Of a DNA stretch of 36,308 bases, positions 1 to 8,235 are shown in pieces; positions within the stretch are counted from its first letter, which is position 1; each line of letters begins with the position of its first letter. The notes beneath the pieces are model-generated. The model ran no database searches, was not told the DNA's origin, and worked only from the letters and a program-made list of their open reading frames with translations. The position numbers and the translations under genes are program-made. Origin of the DNA: Planctomycetota bacterium. Its GTDB lineage: Bacteria > Planctomycetota > MHYJ01 > JACQRL01 > SBBU01. The DNA is taken from assembly GCA_016206485.1 (NCBI GenBank), contig JACQRL010000385.1, forward strand, positions 1 through 36,308, in the 5' to 3' direction.

Positions 1-1
1 A

Positions 2-262
2 ACTGCATCAGTCCAAAATATAAACTCTAATACAATAAAAACTCTCAAAATAATCAGAAAAGTCATAACGGATACTGCGTTTGGGAGATTATGTTCAACC
101 ACTTACAGTAATAGCGCTCCGTCATTAGCAACATTTATATCAAGGCACGCGGCGCCGGCAGTTGTAATGAAAAACTTATTAACTTCGACAAGAAGTTTAA
201 TGTATGTATTAACAATAATTACTGGGTTGACTCTGCTGCAAATATTAAGGCGTTACTTCTGA
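2..262 (+). CDS. 3' end of a gene entering from the left edge; C-terminus resembles a degenerate CFI-box-CTERM sorting domain plus terminal TM helix
   Basis: Frame 2 is open from base 2 to TGA 260-262: TASVQNINSNTIKTLKIIRKVITDTAFGRLCSTTYSNSAPSLATFISRH...LMYVLTIITGLTLLQILRRYF. It resembles the CFIATA..LR.FRD..L..GR..YY..SP.LA pattern, then a hydrophobic helix and RR tail. Not in the ORF track because the start is outside the window. Confidence 0.55.
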   Translation, partial: TASVQNINSNTIKTLKIIRKVITDTAFGRLCSTTYSNSAPSLATFISRHAAPAVVMKNLLTSTRSLMYVLTIITGLTLLQILRRYF

Positions 263-263
263 T

Positions 264-319
264 CCTTCTGCTTGCTGACTTCGGTATTCTGACTCCTGAT
301 TTCTGAATTCTTATTTCTG
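264..319 (-). repeat. Degenerate 7-bp tandem repeat (YAGRAnn family), 8 units, between convergent genes
   Basis: Minus-strand units in register: cagaaat aagaatt cagaaat caggagt cagaata ccgaagt cagcaag cagaagg. Confidence 0.7.
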
Positions 320-1243
320 ATTTATTTCTTTTTTAAGGGCAAACGGATCAAACTCATCTATCTTTTTCTCTTTGATATCTATTATAATTCCGCTGTTCTC
401 TTCTAACTCAGTTTCATCTTTAAGCTGAAACGGTTTGATATCGAATTTCCTTCCCTGCATTGTGAATTCTTTAACTGCATTTTCCCATGCTTTTTTGATG
501 AGGGTAAGCTCAGAATCAAAGATCAAAAGACCCAGAGGTGGAATTTTTGCGTATGTCATGGGCAATCTGTTTCTAAGAAGATAAAGTTTGGTTGGATCGC
601 GCCCGTCTGCAAAAGCAAGCGCCATGCTCCCTTCAAGTTCCGCGCATGCTTTCTGGATAGACTCAACTGTTATTTCTTTTTCGCTGTAACGGTTAATCAT
701 GTGTGCTATTACCTCAGTATCAACTTCTCCGAGTTTGTTAAATCCGAATTTTTCAGTGAGTTCTTTATGATTTGTTATGTCTCCATTATGAACAAGATAT
801 ATTGAGCCTGCATATACGGGATGGTTATTGTTATTATTCTTCGGGCTGCCCACAGAAGCGGCTCTGTTATGCCCGATGATCAACAAAGTGTCAGCAGAGA
901 TCTTATCGAGGGTCTTTTTGAATTTTGAAAGTTCAACAAACTTCTCTCCTTTTTTAGCCTTTTTATAGAGCTCAGGCTTTTGCTCCTTATTAAAGATCAC
1001 AAGTCCTGTTGCATCTGTACCTCGTTTAGACGTACAAATGAGCAGATGTTTCATTAAAATTCGAATAAATTCAAACTCCCCATGATCACGCTCTTTTTCA
1101 AACAGTGCTATGCCAGATATTCCGCAATTTTCGCGGATAATCTGCTGACTATTTTCCGAATCAGATAAAACATCTTGATTGCAAGATAATATTCCGCTGA
1201 ATAAAAGAACATATAACAAAACCACGCAGGTCGAAAATCTCAT
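311..1243 (-). CDS. Stand-alone class II glutamine amidotransferase (Ntn-hydrolase) with lipoprotein-type signal peptide and propeptide
   Basis: Motifs CGISG, RGTDATG, GHNRAAS.GS...NNHP, VHNGDITN, VDTEVI. Likely start is ATG 1243 (MRFSTCVVLLYVLLFSGILSC) rather than TTG 1279. Confidence 0.85.
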   Translation of the reverse strand: MRFSTCVVLLYVLLFSGILSCNQDVLSDSENSQQIIRENCGISGIALFEKERDHGEFEFIRILMKHLLICTSKRGTDATGLVIFNKEQKPELYKKAKKGEKFVELSKFKKTLDKISADTLLIIGHNRAASVGSPKNNNNNHPVYAGSIYLVHNGDITNHKELTEKFGFNKLGEVDTEVIAHMINRYSEKEITVESIQKACAELEGSMALAFADGRDPTKLYLLRNRLPMTYAKIPPLGLLIFDSELTLIKKAWENAVKEFTMQGRKFDIKPFQLKDETELEENSGIIIDIKEKKIDEFDPFALKKEINQK

Positions 1244-1375
1244 ATAATATGTAGAATATTTGCTGAGCGGTAAATACAAGGCAATTTATCTAAATGCAAG
1301 AAAGATCCGATTCGGTACTCCAAATCAATAACTTACCGGATCAATATCTTCTATCCCTCAAAAACTTGTATGCAA

Positions 1376-1894
1376 CTACTTATTTTGACCAGTGGGTCTG
1401 GATGTCGGCTGTCCCCCATTTTCTCCACCCCTGGAAAACGGGCCTACAGGCAACCCATCAACAATCGTAAACCACGTTATAAACGGACCGCACGGATTTA
1501 TAACCACAACCTCAACTACGGTCCCAGTGGGTTTGAATTTGATGGTCACACTGGTTGTAACTGTACCAGTCACAGGATTTACAGTGGTTGATGGCGTGAT
1601 TTCTGCAGTTACAGGACCACTTGTCGAATACGAAGAGTGAGTGCTCGATACAGGACCGGTACTGGTTTGAATAGTTACTGTTACAGTCGTCACAAAATTA
1701 GTTATAGTCACTGGCGAACCGGGAAGTGACAACTGAACTGTGGAGCTGCTGACTGTAGTAGTAACAGCTGGATCACAGTTAGGTGTACTTGGCTGAGAGG
1801 TCTGCGCATTGACGTTATTCGTAACCGAATCACCAAAAATACCCAGAACTATAGAGAGTAAGCTGAAGATCATAAAGTTTCTCAAATTTCTCAC
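1376..1894 (-). CDS. Secreted Thr/Ser/Val-rich hypothetical protein
   Basis: 172 aa, signal peptide (MRNLRNFMIFSLLSIVLGIFG...VNA), alternating T/V beta-strand pattern, AAGGAGG at 1900-1906 upstream of the GTG. Confidence 0.8.
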   Translation of the reverse strand: MRNLRNFMIFSLLSIVLGIFGDSVTNNVNAQTSQPSTPNCDPAVTTTVSSSTVQLSLPGSPVTITNFVTTVTVTIQTSTGPVSSTHSSYSTSGPVTAEITPSTTVNPVTGTVTTSVTIKFKPTGTVVEVVVINPCGPFITWFTIVDGLPVGPFSRGGENGGQPTSRPTGQNK

Positions 1895-2082
1895 AATTTC
1901 CTCCTTAATACTTAAATAAAGTTTGTCCGGCCTTGCCGGTTAGAATCTAAATCAAAATTCAAGGATAAGTGTTTAGCTTTAAGAGCAGAAAATATTGGAA
2001 AAAAAACTGTTTATTTTAAACATACATAATTATTACTAGAAGATGTTTAACAAAATTGTGATAAACTGTAAAAAACTGCTGA

Positions 2083-2145
2083 AAGGAAACAGAAGTCAGT
2101 AATAAGTAGATCGAATATAGAATTTGGAATATGGGGTGCAGAGCA
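2083..2145 (+). repeat. Degenerate 7-bp tandem repeat (YRGRAnn family) in a divergent intergenic region
   Basis: aaggaaa cagaagt cagtaat aagtaga tcgaata tagaatt tggaata tggggtg cagagca in 7-nt register. Confidence 0.5.
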
Positions 2146-2249
2146 GAACATAGCGCTTCCGCGACAGATAAGCCAATAATCCGTTCAGGACCTGCTAGGC
2201 AAATCATCTGTAGAAAACGTCAAATAGGTTGAGAAAGAAAGTGAAGATC

Positions 2250-2276
2250 TGTAACATTGCAAACTAGAAACCGTTT
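2250..2276 (+). promoter_or_regulatory. Candidate ECF-sigma promoter for the 2291-3562 operon
   Basis: TGTAAC (2250-2255), 16-nt spacer, CGTTT (2272-2276): the AAC/CGT layout typical of ECF promoters. Confidence 0.35.
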
Positions 2277-2290
2277 ATATTTTAACATAG

Positions 2291-2959
2291 ATGGAAGTAT
2301 TAATACCTTTGTCTTTAATCCTGGTTGTAGCCATGATAATTTACAACATCATAAGCGCGGACAAACGCAGAAAGCTCCTTGCCGAATACGCAGGACAACT
2401 AAACCTTAGATTTACGAGCGCCAAGGATTATTATATAGATAAACATTTCCGTAATTTTAATTGTCTTCAGCAGGGGCGTGACAGATACGCTTATAACATT
2501 ATGCAGGGACAATGGAATAATCATGAATTTATAGGTTTCGATTATCACTATAAAACTGGCTCAGGAAAACATACACATACTCACTACCTGTCTTGCGTAA
2601 TACTTTCCAGCGCAGTCCGGCTGAAACCTTTGTTCATAAGACCTGAAAACTTTTTTGACAAAGTTACCGAATTCATCGGATTCGACGATATAGACTTTGA
2701 ATCAGCGGAATTCAGCAGGGAATTCTACGTGAAGTCCACGGATAAGAAATGGGCTTATGATGTTATTCACCAGCGTGCAATGGAATATTTGCTTTCACAA
2801 CCGAGGTTCAGCATACAGTTTGACAATGACCACGTAATCGCTTACAACAATTCAATGTTTGAACCGATAGAATTTGAGTCGTCAGCAAACACAGTTAAAG
2901 GTTTGCTTGATCTTCTTCCTAACTACCTGCTTCAACAACAGACAGGGCAAAATCCATGA
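2291..2959 (+). CDS. Membrane-anchored protein (DUF3137-like), probable LemA partner
   Basis: N-terminal TM helix; IRPE..FDK...GFDDIDFESAEFS..FYV motif; directly upstream of lemA. Confidence 0.7.
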   Translation: MEVLIPLSLILVVAMIIYNIISADKRRKLLAEYAGQLNLRFTSAKDYYIDKHFRNFNCLQQGRDRYAYNIMQGQWNNHEFIGFDYHYKTGSGKHTHTHYLSCVILSSAVRLKPLFIRPENFFDKVTEFIGFDDIDFESAEFSREFYVKSTDKKWAYDVIHQRAMEYLLSQPRFSIQFDNDHVIAYNNSMFEPIEFESSANTVKGLLDLLPNYLLQQQTGQNP

Positions 2960-3004
2960 ACAAATTCGCTCCTACCTTCAAGACCCCAGTTCCTATATTC
3001 TGAC

Positions 3005-3562
3005 ATGGAAGCACTTTATATTTTCGGATTAGTTGCCCTTATTGGATTCATCTGGGTAATTGCAACATACAACTGCCTCGTTAAATTGAGAAACCATTGT
3101 ACTGAATCCTGGTCAGACGTTGATACCGAACTTAAGCGGCGGTACGATCTTATCCCGAATCTTGTAGAAACCGTAAAAGGGTACGCCAAACATGAGCGGG
3201 AGATTATTGAAAAAGTTACCGAAGCTCGAGCCCGTGCAGTTGCATCGACAGGATCTCCCTCATCACAGGCAAAAGATGAAAATATACTGGTTGGAACGCT
3301 CCGCAGCCTGTTTGCTGTTTCTGAAGGATACCCTGACCTGAAAGCAAGCAGCAACTTTCTTCAGCTGCAGAAAGAACTGGCCAATACTGAAGACCGAATC
3401 CAGGCAGCAAGACGGTTTTATAATGGAAATGTGCGGGATCTGAACAACAAAGTAGAGATGTTCCCATCGAATTTGATCGCTAACTTCTTCAGTTTTCAAA
3501 AATCTGAGTTTTTTGAGATAGAGGACAGCGGGATCAGAGCTGCGCCCAACTTCAATTTATAG
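3005..3562 (+). CDS. lemA: LemA family protein
   Basis: TM helix, then YN.LV.LRN...WS.VD..LKRRYDLIPNLVETVKGYAKHE, YPDLKA..NFLQLQ.EL..TEDRI..ARRFYN. Confidence 0.96.
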   Translation: MEALYIFGLVALIGFIWVIATYNCLVKLRNHCTESWSDVDTELKRRYDLIPNLVETVKGYAKHEREIIEKVTEARARAVASTGSPSSQAKDENILVGTLRSLFAVSEGYPDLKASSNFLQLQKELANTEDRIQAARRFYNGNVRDLNNKVEMFPSNLIANFFSFQKSEFFEIEDSGIRAAPNFNL

Positions 3563-3599
3563 ACATACATTTGATCTGCTGAATATCTCATTTATAATC

Positions 3600-5156
3600 A
3601 TGTTTCAAAATCGGAGGTACTCTATGGTTGGAATCAGCCTGCTGGAATTTTTGTCATTAACATCACTTGCATTAGCCTATACATCTGTACAAGAAGAAGG
3701 AAGCAAAAAGGAGATCAAAGAAATCAAGTCACTGATAAAAGAACTTCGCAACGCAGAAAAAGATGAAGTAGACGACATTAGATACAAACTGATAGAAAAA
3801 TACAAAACATCTGAATCACTGTTAAATGATAGGCTTAAAGAGGCTGAAGATGATGAATTCACCGGTAGGATCAAATCAACGCTGGATGCGATCAAAGATC
3901 AGAAATTTATATGCGAAACCGTGACAAACAAACTCAACGAGCTTGTTAAATCAGAAAAGATTGCTTTTAACAGGAAATACTCGACTCTAAGCCGCATTGG
4001 CCACAAGAGCGGTTATTTAAATCTTTCTAATATGGAAGCAGATGAAGGAAGCATAACAATTGATGACTCCATGAAACTGGAAACAGGTCAGGGTTATGTG
4101 GACATGATATATAAAGGAACTTTAAAAATTAATTCGTTTTTAACAGTTGAACAAATGCAAATTAATCTGGAAACATCTGCCGGAAATGTAGTTGTTCAAA
4201 TTACAAATGAAAATAACGGAGAAATCTCAGTAGGCATTGAATCCCCGGCAAAACAAGAACAGGAGATCAGCTACCCTGAAAATTCCATGTCAGATACCAC
4301 TCTCCTTAGATTGCTTCCCTTTTTTCCATCGAGAAAAGGATTGAAATTTTATTTTACTTATTGGGAAGTTCTGGGTTTAAGTGAACCCAAAAAAGGCAAG
4401 GTCTTAGAATGCAAAGGAAGCGAAAAAATAAAATATTTAGGCAAAGAGACTGAGGTGACGCTCTGGGAATCCGATTTTGGCATCGGGAGAGGAATAACAA
4501 CTTTTTACGTGACTCCGGATGCAGTGATAAAAGAACTTTTTTCTTATGGGGCGAGATTTTATCTGACTGAAGATAGTAATGTCAAAATAACATACAAAGC
4601 AGTACAGGTTGCGGTTGACCAGCTGAAAAATTCTAAAGACGATGAAGTCTTTGGAACATTTAAAAAAATGGTTAAACCAAAGATTAAAGAGGCCGTTTTT
4701 GACGAAAAAGCAACCGCAGAGTTTGTTAACTGGACAGGAAACAGAATCACTGATTGCGCAGTCAAGAGATCCTACATCGTTTATCTGACAACACTGCCTT
4801 ACAATAAGGCAATCGTTAACCATATTTCATCATACTTAAGGGAAAATGAAGACTCGGAAGTGGTTGTTGTAGCTCTTCTTGCCTTGAAGGATCTGGATGC
4901 TAAGGAAAATGTCGATTCCATAGCAGCTCTTTTAACCTCTATAGATCCGGATGTTAGAGCAAACACGGCAAAAACCCTGGGATTATTCAAAGCAAAGCAA
5001 TTTATGAAAGAGCTCGGCAAACTCACGGATGATAATGCTGAATGCAAGATCTTTGAAGATTTGGAAGATAAAGAAGGGACCAAAACCACTGTCAAAGAAA
5101 CCGTTAAGGTTGTATTACAGGAGTTCGACCCCGCTCCTAAAACGAAGAAAAAATAA
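3600..5156 (+). CDS. Exported protein with central beta-rich domain and C-terminal HEAT repeats
   Basis: Signal-peptide-like N-terminus (alternative ATG 3624); HEAT-like units such as IAALLTSIDPDVRANTAKTLG. Confidence 0.75.
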   Translation: MFQNRRYSMVGISLLEFLSLTSLALAYTSVQEEGSKKEIKEIKSLIKELRNAEKDEVDDIRYKLIEKYKTSESLLNDRLKEAEDDEFTGRIKSTLDAIKDQKFICETVTNKLNELVKSEKIAFNRKYSTLSRIGHKSGYLNLSNMEADEGSITIDDSMKLETGQGYVDMIYKGTLKINSFLTVEQMQINLETSAGNVVVQITNENNGEISVGIESPAKQEQEISYPENSMSDTTLLRLLPFFPSRKGLKFYFTYWEVLGLSEPKKGKVLECKGSEKIKYLGKETEVTLWESDFGIGRGITTFYVTPDAVIKELFSYGARFYLTEDSNVKITYKAVQVAVDQLKNSKDDEVFGTFKKMVKPKIKEAVFDEKATAEFVNWTGNRITDCAVKRSYIVYLTTLPYNKAIVNHISSYLRENEDSEVVVVALLALKDLDAKENVDSIAALLTSIDPDVRANTAKTLGLFKAKQFMKELGKLTDDNAECKIFEDLEDKEGTKTTVKETVKVVLQEFDPAPKTKKK

Positions 5157-5191
5157 TAAACAAAACTTCTAAAACTCAGTACAACAAAAAT

Positions 5192-5233
5192 GCGAAATAA
5201 GAAATCAGAAGTAAGGATTCAGAAATCAGAAAC
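5192..5233 (+). repeat. Degenerate 7-bp tandem repeat, 6 units
   Basis: gcgaaat aagaaat cagaagt aaggatt cagaaat cagaaac. Confidence 0.65.
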
Positions 5234-5305
5234 AATTTGTTAAAGATCTGTTGGCAATTTGACTTAATCAAAGTTTCATATAAAACCTGCTTCTATCTAT
5301 GAGAA

Positions 5306-5420
5306 GTTCGGCGAAATTCATTTACTTCCACAGAGGCGCAGAACATCCGCTAAGTCACAGAGAAATACAAAATTGGGTTTTTTGCGTGTTTTGTGGAAGA
5401 CGGCACAAATTCTGCCGAGC
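5306..5420. repeat. Nested inverted-repeat element (REP/MITE-like) upstream of the EamA gene
   Basis: Inner IR cttccaca (5325-5332)/tgtggaag (5392-5399); outer imperfect IR gttcggcgaaatt/aattctgccgagc; internal cacagag motifs. Confidence 0.5.
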
Positions 5421-5429
5421 ATCTGATAT

Positions 5430-6347
5430 ATGGAACCAACAGAGATGAGTCACCGGTGGAAAATAATCGGGGCATTCTCCATTATCTATATCATCTGGGG
5501 ATCAACCTATCTGGCAATACGATACACAGTTGAAACATTGCCGCCATTTCTGAGTTCAGGGATCAGATTCATAATTTCAGGAGCTATTTTATATCTATGG
5601 GGATTCCTGAGAGGCCAGCCGAGCGCAACATTTGCTCAATGGAGATCAGCAGCAATTGTCGGATTATTTCTTATGGTATGCGGTAATGGAGCTCTCAACT
5701 GGTCTGAACAACACATCCCTTCAAGTCTTGCCTCAATACTGATCTCAACAAATCCATTTTGGTTTGTCGTGATTGAATCTGTATTAGAGAAAAAATGGCC
5801 AAATATAAAAGTGGTAGCTGCTCTGATTGCCGGCTTCTTTGGCGTAATTTTATTGTCTAACGATCTTGGAGAAAACAATAATCCACTCTATTTCACCGGT
5901 ATTATAGTGATTATGATTTCATCTATTTTCTGGGCAGTCGGGTCCATATACTCGAAGCGCGCCGATCTTCCAAAGTCTTCGATACTTTCCACCGCGATGG
6001 CAATGCTTACCGGAGGAATTTTCTCCGCAATTGTGGGTTTATCGGCCGGAGAATATCAGCAATTCTCGATGATTAACTTACAAACTAAATCTGTCATCGC
6101 GCTCATCTACCTTATAATATTCGGATCTCTGATAGCTTTTGTTGCATATTTCTGGCTACTCAGAGTGGTATCACCCACAAAAGTCTCGACCTGCGTTTAT
6201 GTAAACTGCGTAATAGCTGTAATTCTTGGCTGGTCAGTAGGAGGTGAGGAGCTAAGCACCAGAACAATTTTAGCCGCCTTAATTATCATTGGTTCAGTAA
6301 TAATCGTAACTTCAACCAAATCTCATAACATGGAGCATGAAACATGA
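5430..6347 (+). CDS. EamA/DMT family transporter (YedA-like)
   Basis: About 10 TM helices; IYIIWGSTYLAIR, LPPFL..GIRF, YLIIFGSLIAF.AY.WLL, YVN.VIAVILG. Confidence 0.93.
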   Translation: MEPTEMSHRWKIIGAFSIIYIIWGSTYLAIRYTVETLPPFLSSGIRFIISGAILYLWGFLRGQPSATFAQWRSAAIVGLFLMVCGNGALNWSEQHIPSSLASILISTNPFWFVVIESVLEKKWPNIKVVAALIAGFFGVILLSNDLGENNNPLYFTGIIVIMISSIFWAVGSIYSKRADLPKSSILSTAMAMLTGGIFSAIVGLSAGEYQQFSMINLQTKSVIALIYLIIFGSLIAFVAYFWLLRVVSPTKVSTCVYVNCVIAVILGWSVGGEELSTRTILAALIIIGSVIIVTSTKSHNMEHET

Positions 6348-6452
6348 AACATTGAAAATTCCCCAACACATAACCCGCGACTCGTTTATCATAAGTGGTT
6401 TCAATAGTTCTTTTAGTATTAAACGTCCTTTGTATACGATATAATAAATATT

Positions 6453-8168
6453 ATGCGATTTATCTCCTTGTTCATCGCAGTATCTTTTCTCCCATGCTTA
6501 CAACAAAATAATGAAAATCCTGAACAGATCCGTGAACTGATAAACCAGGTTTCCTCAAAAAATCCCAGAACAAGAAGCATCGCATCTGAACGACTTATTC
6601 ATCTTTGGAAGACAGACTCTATCATTGACCGCATAAATGAATCGATAAGCAATGCAAAAAACAACAACGACTCCGACGCAATTTCAAGGTTGGAAAGAAT
6701 ATACAACAGAATTCAATTCAATCGGGCTGTTGGAGACAAACTCGCATCCACAATCAGAAGTGAAGATGCCGATGATATATGCTCCGGCAATGAGCAAAAA
6801 ATCCTGGAGTATTTTCAGAAATGGATAGTTCGGCCAAAAAACTATGGACTTGATGCCAGACCAAAACAGGACAGATTGATTAAATGGGTATTCAACAATT
6901 TAAATACACAAGACGCGCTGAGAAATTTCCTATATACCTTCACCTGCATCGCCCAGGAAGTATCAAGCAAGCAAGATGGACTTTCTATTAACCGGCTTGA
7001 AATACTTCTGGAGGGCGACAATTTAAACAGTATAGAAAAGTTTCTGAATCTTGTTGTCGATTCAAGAGTCGTAGAGATGACAGATAAGATAGCAACTCTC
7101 GTTAATCACGATTCTCCAAGACTAAGATTTCTTGCTATCAATATTCTTGACAGTTTTTCTGCAAAAGAATATTACGGTGAAATTGCGGACAGGCTTGGAG
7201 ATCCCAACACAGAGGTGCGGCTCTGCGCGCTCAAAATACTGGTAAAACTGACCGAAGACGACTACAGGCAAAAAGTTCTGATGCTTCTTAATGATCCTGA
7301 GCTTGAAGTAAGGGCAACTCTCATTTCGTGGCTCTGGTACTATAACGGCAGAGAGATTGTGAAAAATAACATCACCATGCTCTCTGACCTTCTGAAGAGC
7401 AGTGATATCTACATAATAAAATCCGGGCTGGAAATTATTGATACTCTCAATGTTAAACAATTCCATAAGGAGATCGCCGGTCTGCTCAAACATAGCAATC
7501 AGGAGGTCTGTATCCGAAGTCTGCTTGTACTTAAAAAGATCGGTGCTCATCTTGCAGAGGAGGAAATATCTGGCCTGCTTCTCAGCGACGACCCAACTAT
7601 AAAGATTTACACGATTGGAGTTCTTGAAACACTGAGATCAGCAAAATGCGCAAAAAAAATTGCCAAGCTCTTAAAAGATCATGACGCCAATGTCCGTACA
7701 ACCGCAATCCGAACGCTTGGAAACCTTGAAGCTAAAGAATTTGTAAATGATATCGCAGAGCTGCTGAATGATGGAAATCTCACAATACGTTTGCTGGCAG
7801 CAGAATCTCTGACTCTCCTGAACTCACAGCAGCACAGTAAAGAAATATCTAAATTTCTCAAAGATGAAGAACTTACATCAATTTCAAAGCAGATTATAAT
7901 GGCGCTTCTGGTTCGACTTAATGCGAAAGAATGTATAGATGATATCGCAGTTTTTTTAAAGGAAGAGGATCCTTGGAGCAGATGCCAGGCAGTATGGGCA
8001 CTTGGAAATCTTAATGCGGTAAAGTTCGCAGATGAGATTAAAAAGCTGTCAAGTGACGAAACAACTTGCACCCTGTGGATCGATTCCGATTCCCAGATCA
8101 AAACAACAATTAATACAGAAGTAGAAGATGCGCTCAGGAAATTTGATTCCGATAAAACAACAAAGTAG
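6453..8168 (+). CDS. Exported HEAT-repeat protein
   Basis: Hydrophobic N-terminus; many ~31-aa repeats IA.LL.D....VR..A...L..L.AK. Confidence 0.88.
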   Translation: MRFISLFIAVSFLPCLQQNNENPEQIRELINQVSSKNPRTRSIASERLIHLWKTDSIIDRINESISNAKNNNDSDAISRLERIYNRIQFNRAVGDKLASTIRSEDADDICSGNEQKILEYFQKWIVRPKNYGLDARPKQDRLIKWVFNNLNTQDALRNFLYTFTCIAQEVSSKQDGLSINRLEILLEGDNLNSIEKFLNLVVDSRVVEMTDKIATLVNHDSPRLRFLAINILDSFSAKEYYGEIADRLGDPNTEVRLCALKILVKLTEDDYRQKVLMLLNDPELEVRATLISWLWYYNGREIVKNNITMLSDLLKSSDIYIIKSGLEIIDTLNVKQFHKEIAGLLKHSNQEVCIRSLLVLKKIGAHLAEEEISGLLLSDDPTIKIYTIGVLETLRSAKCAKKIAKLLKDHDANVRTTAIRTLGNLEAKEFVNDIAELLNDGNLTIRLLAAESLTLLNSQQHSKEISKFLKDEELTSISKQIIMALLVRLNAKECIDDIAVFLKEEDPWSRCQAVWALGNLNAVKFADEIKKLSSDETTCTLWIDSDSQIKTTINTEVEDALRKFDSDKTTK

Positions 8169-8196
8169 CCCTGTCAATCTTCCAAACAATTATGAA

Positions 8197-8224
8197 TTGA
8201 CCATGCATACGCTCGCTTTATAAT
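8197..8224 (+). promoter_or_regulatory. Candidate sigma70 promoter of the cyclase gene
   Basis: TTGACC (8197-8202), 16 nt, TATAAT (8219-8224), 11 nt before GTG 8236. Confidence 0.5.
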
Positions 8225-8235
8225 CGCTTACGCAG

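Noticed and set aside
311-1243. glmS, purF or asnB assignment
   Set aside because: No SIS, PRTase or asparagine synthase domain follows the GATase domain.
2016-2207. 63-aa minus-strand ORF
   Set aside because: Hydrophobicity comes from the antisense heptamer tract; no RBS or recognisable motif.
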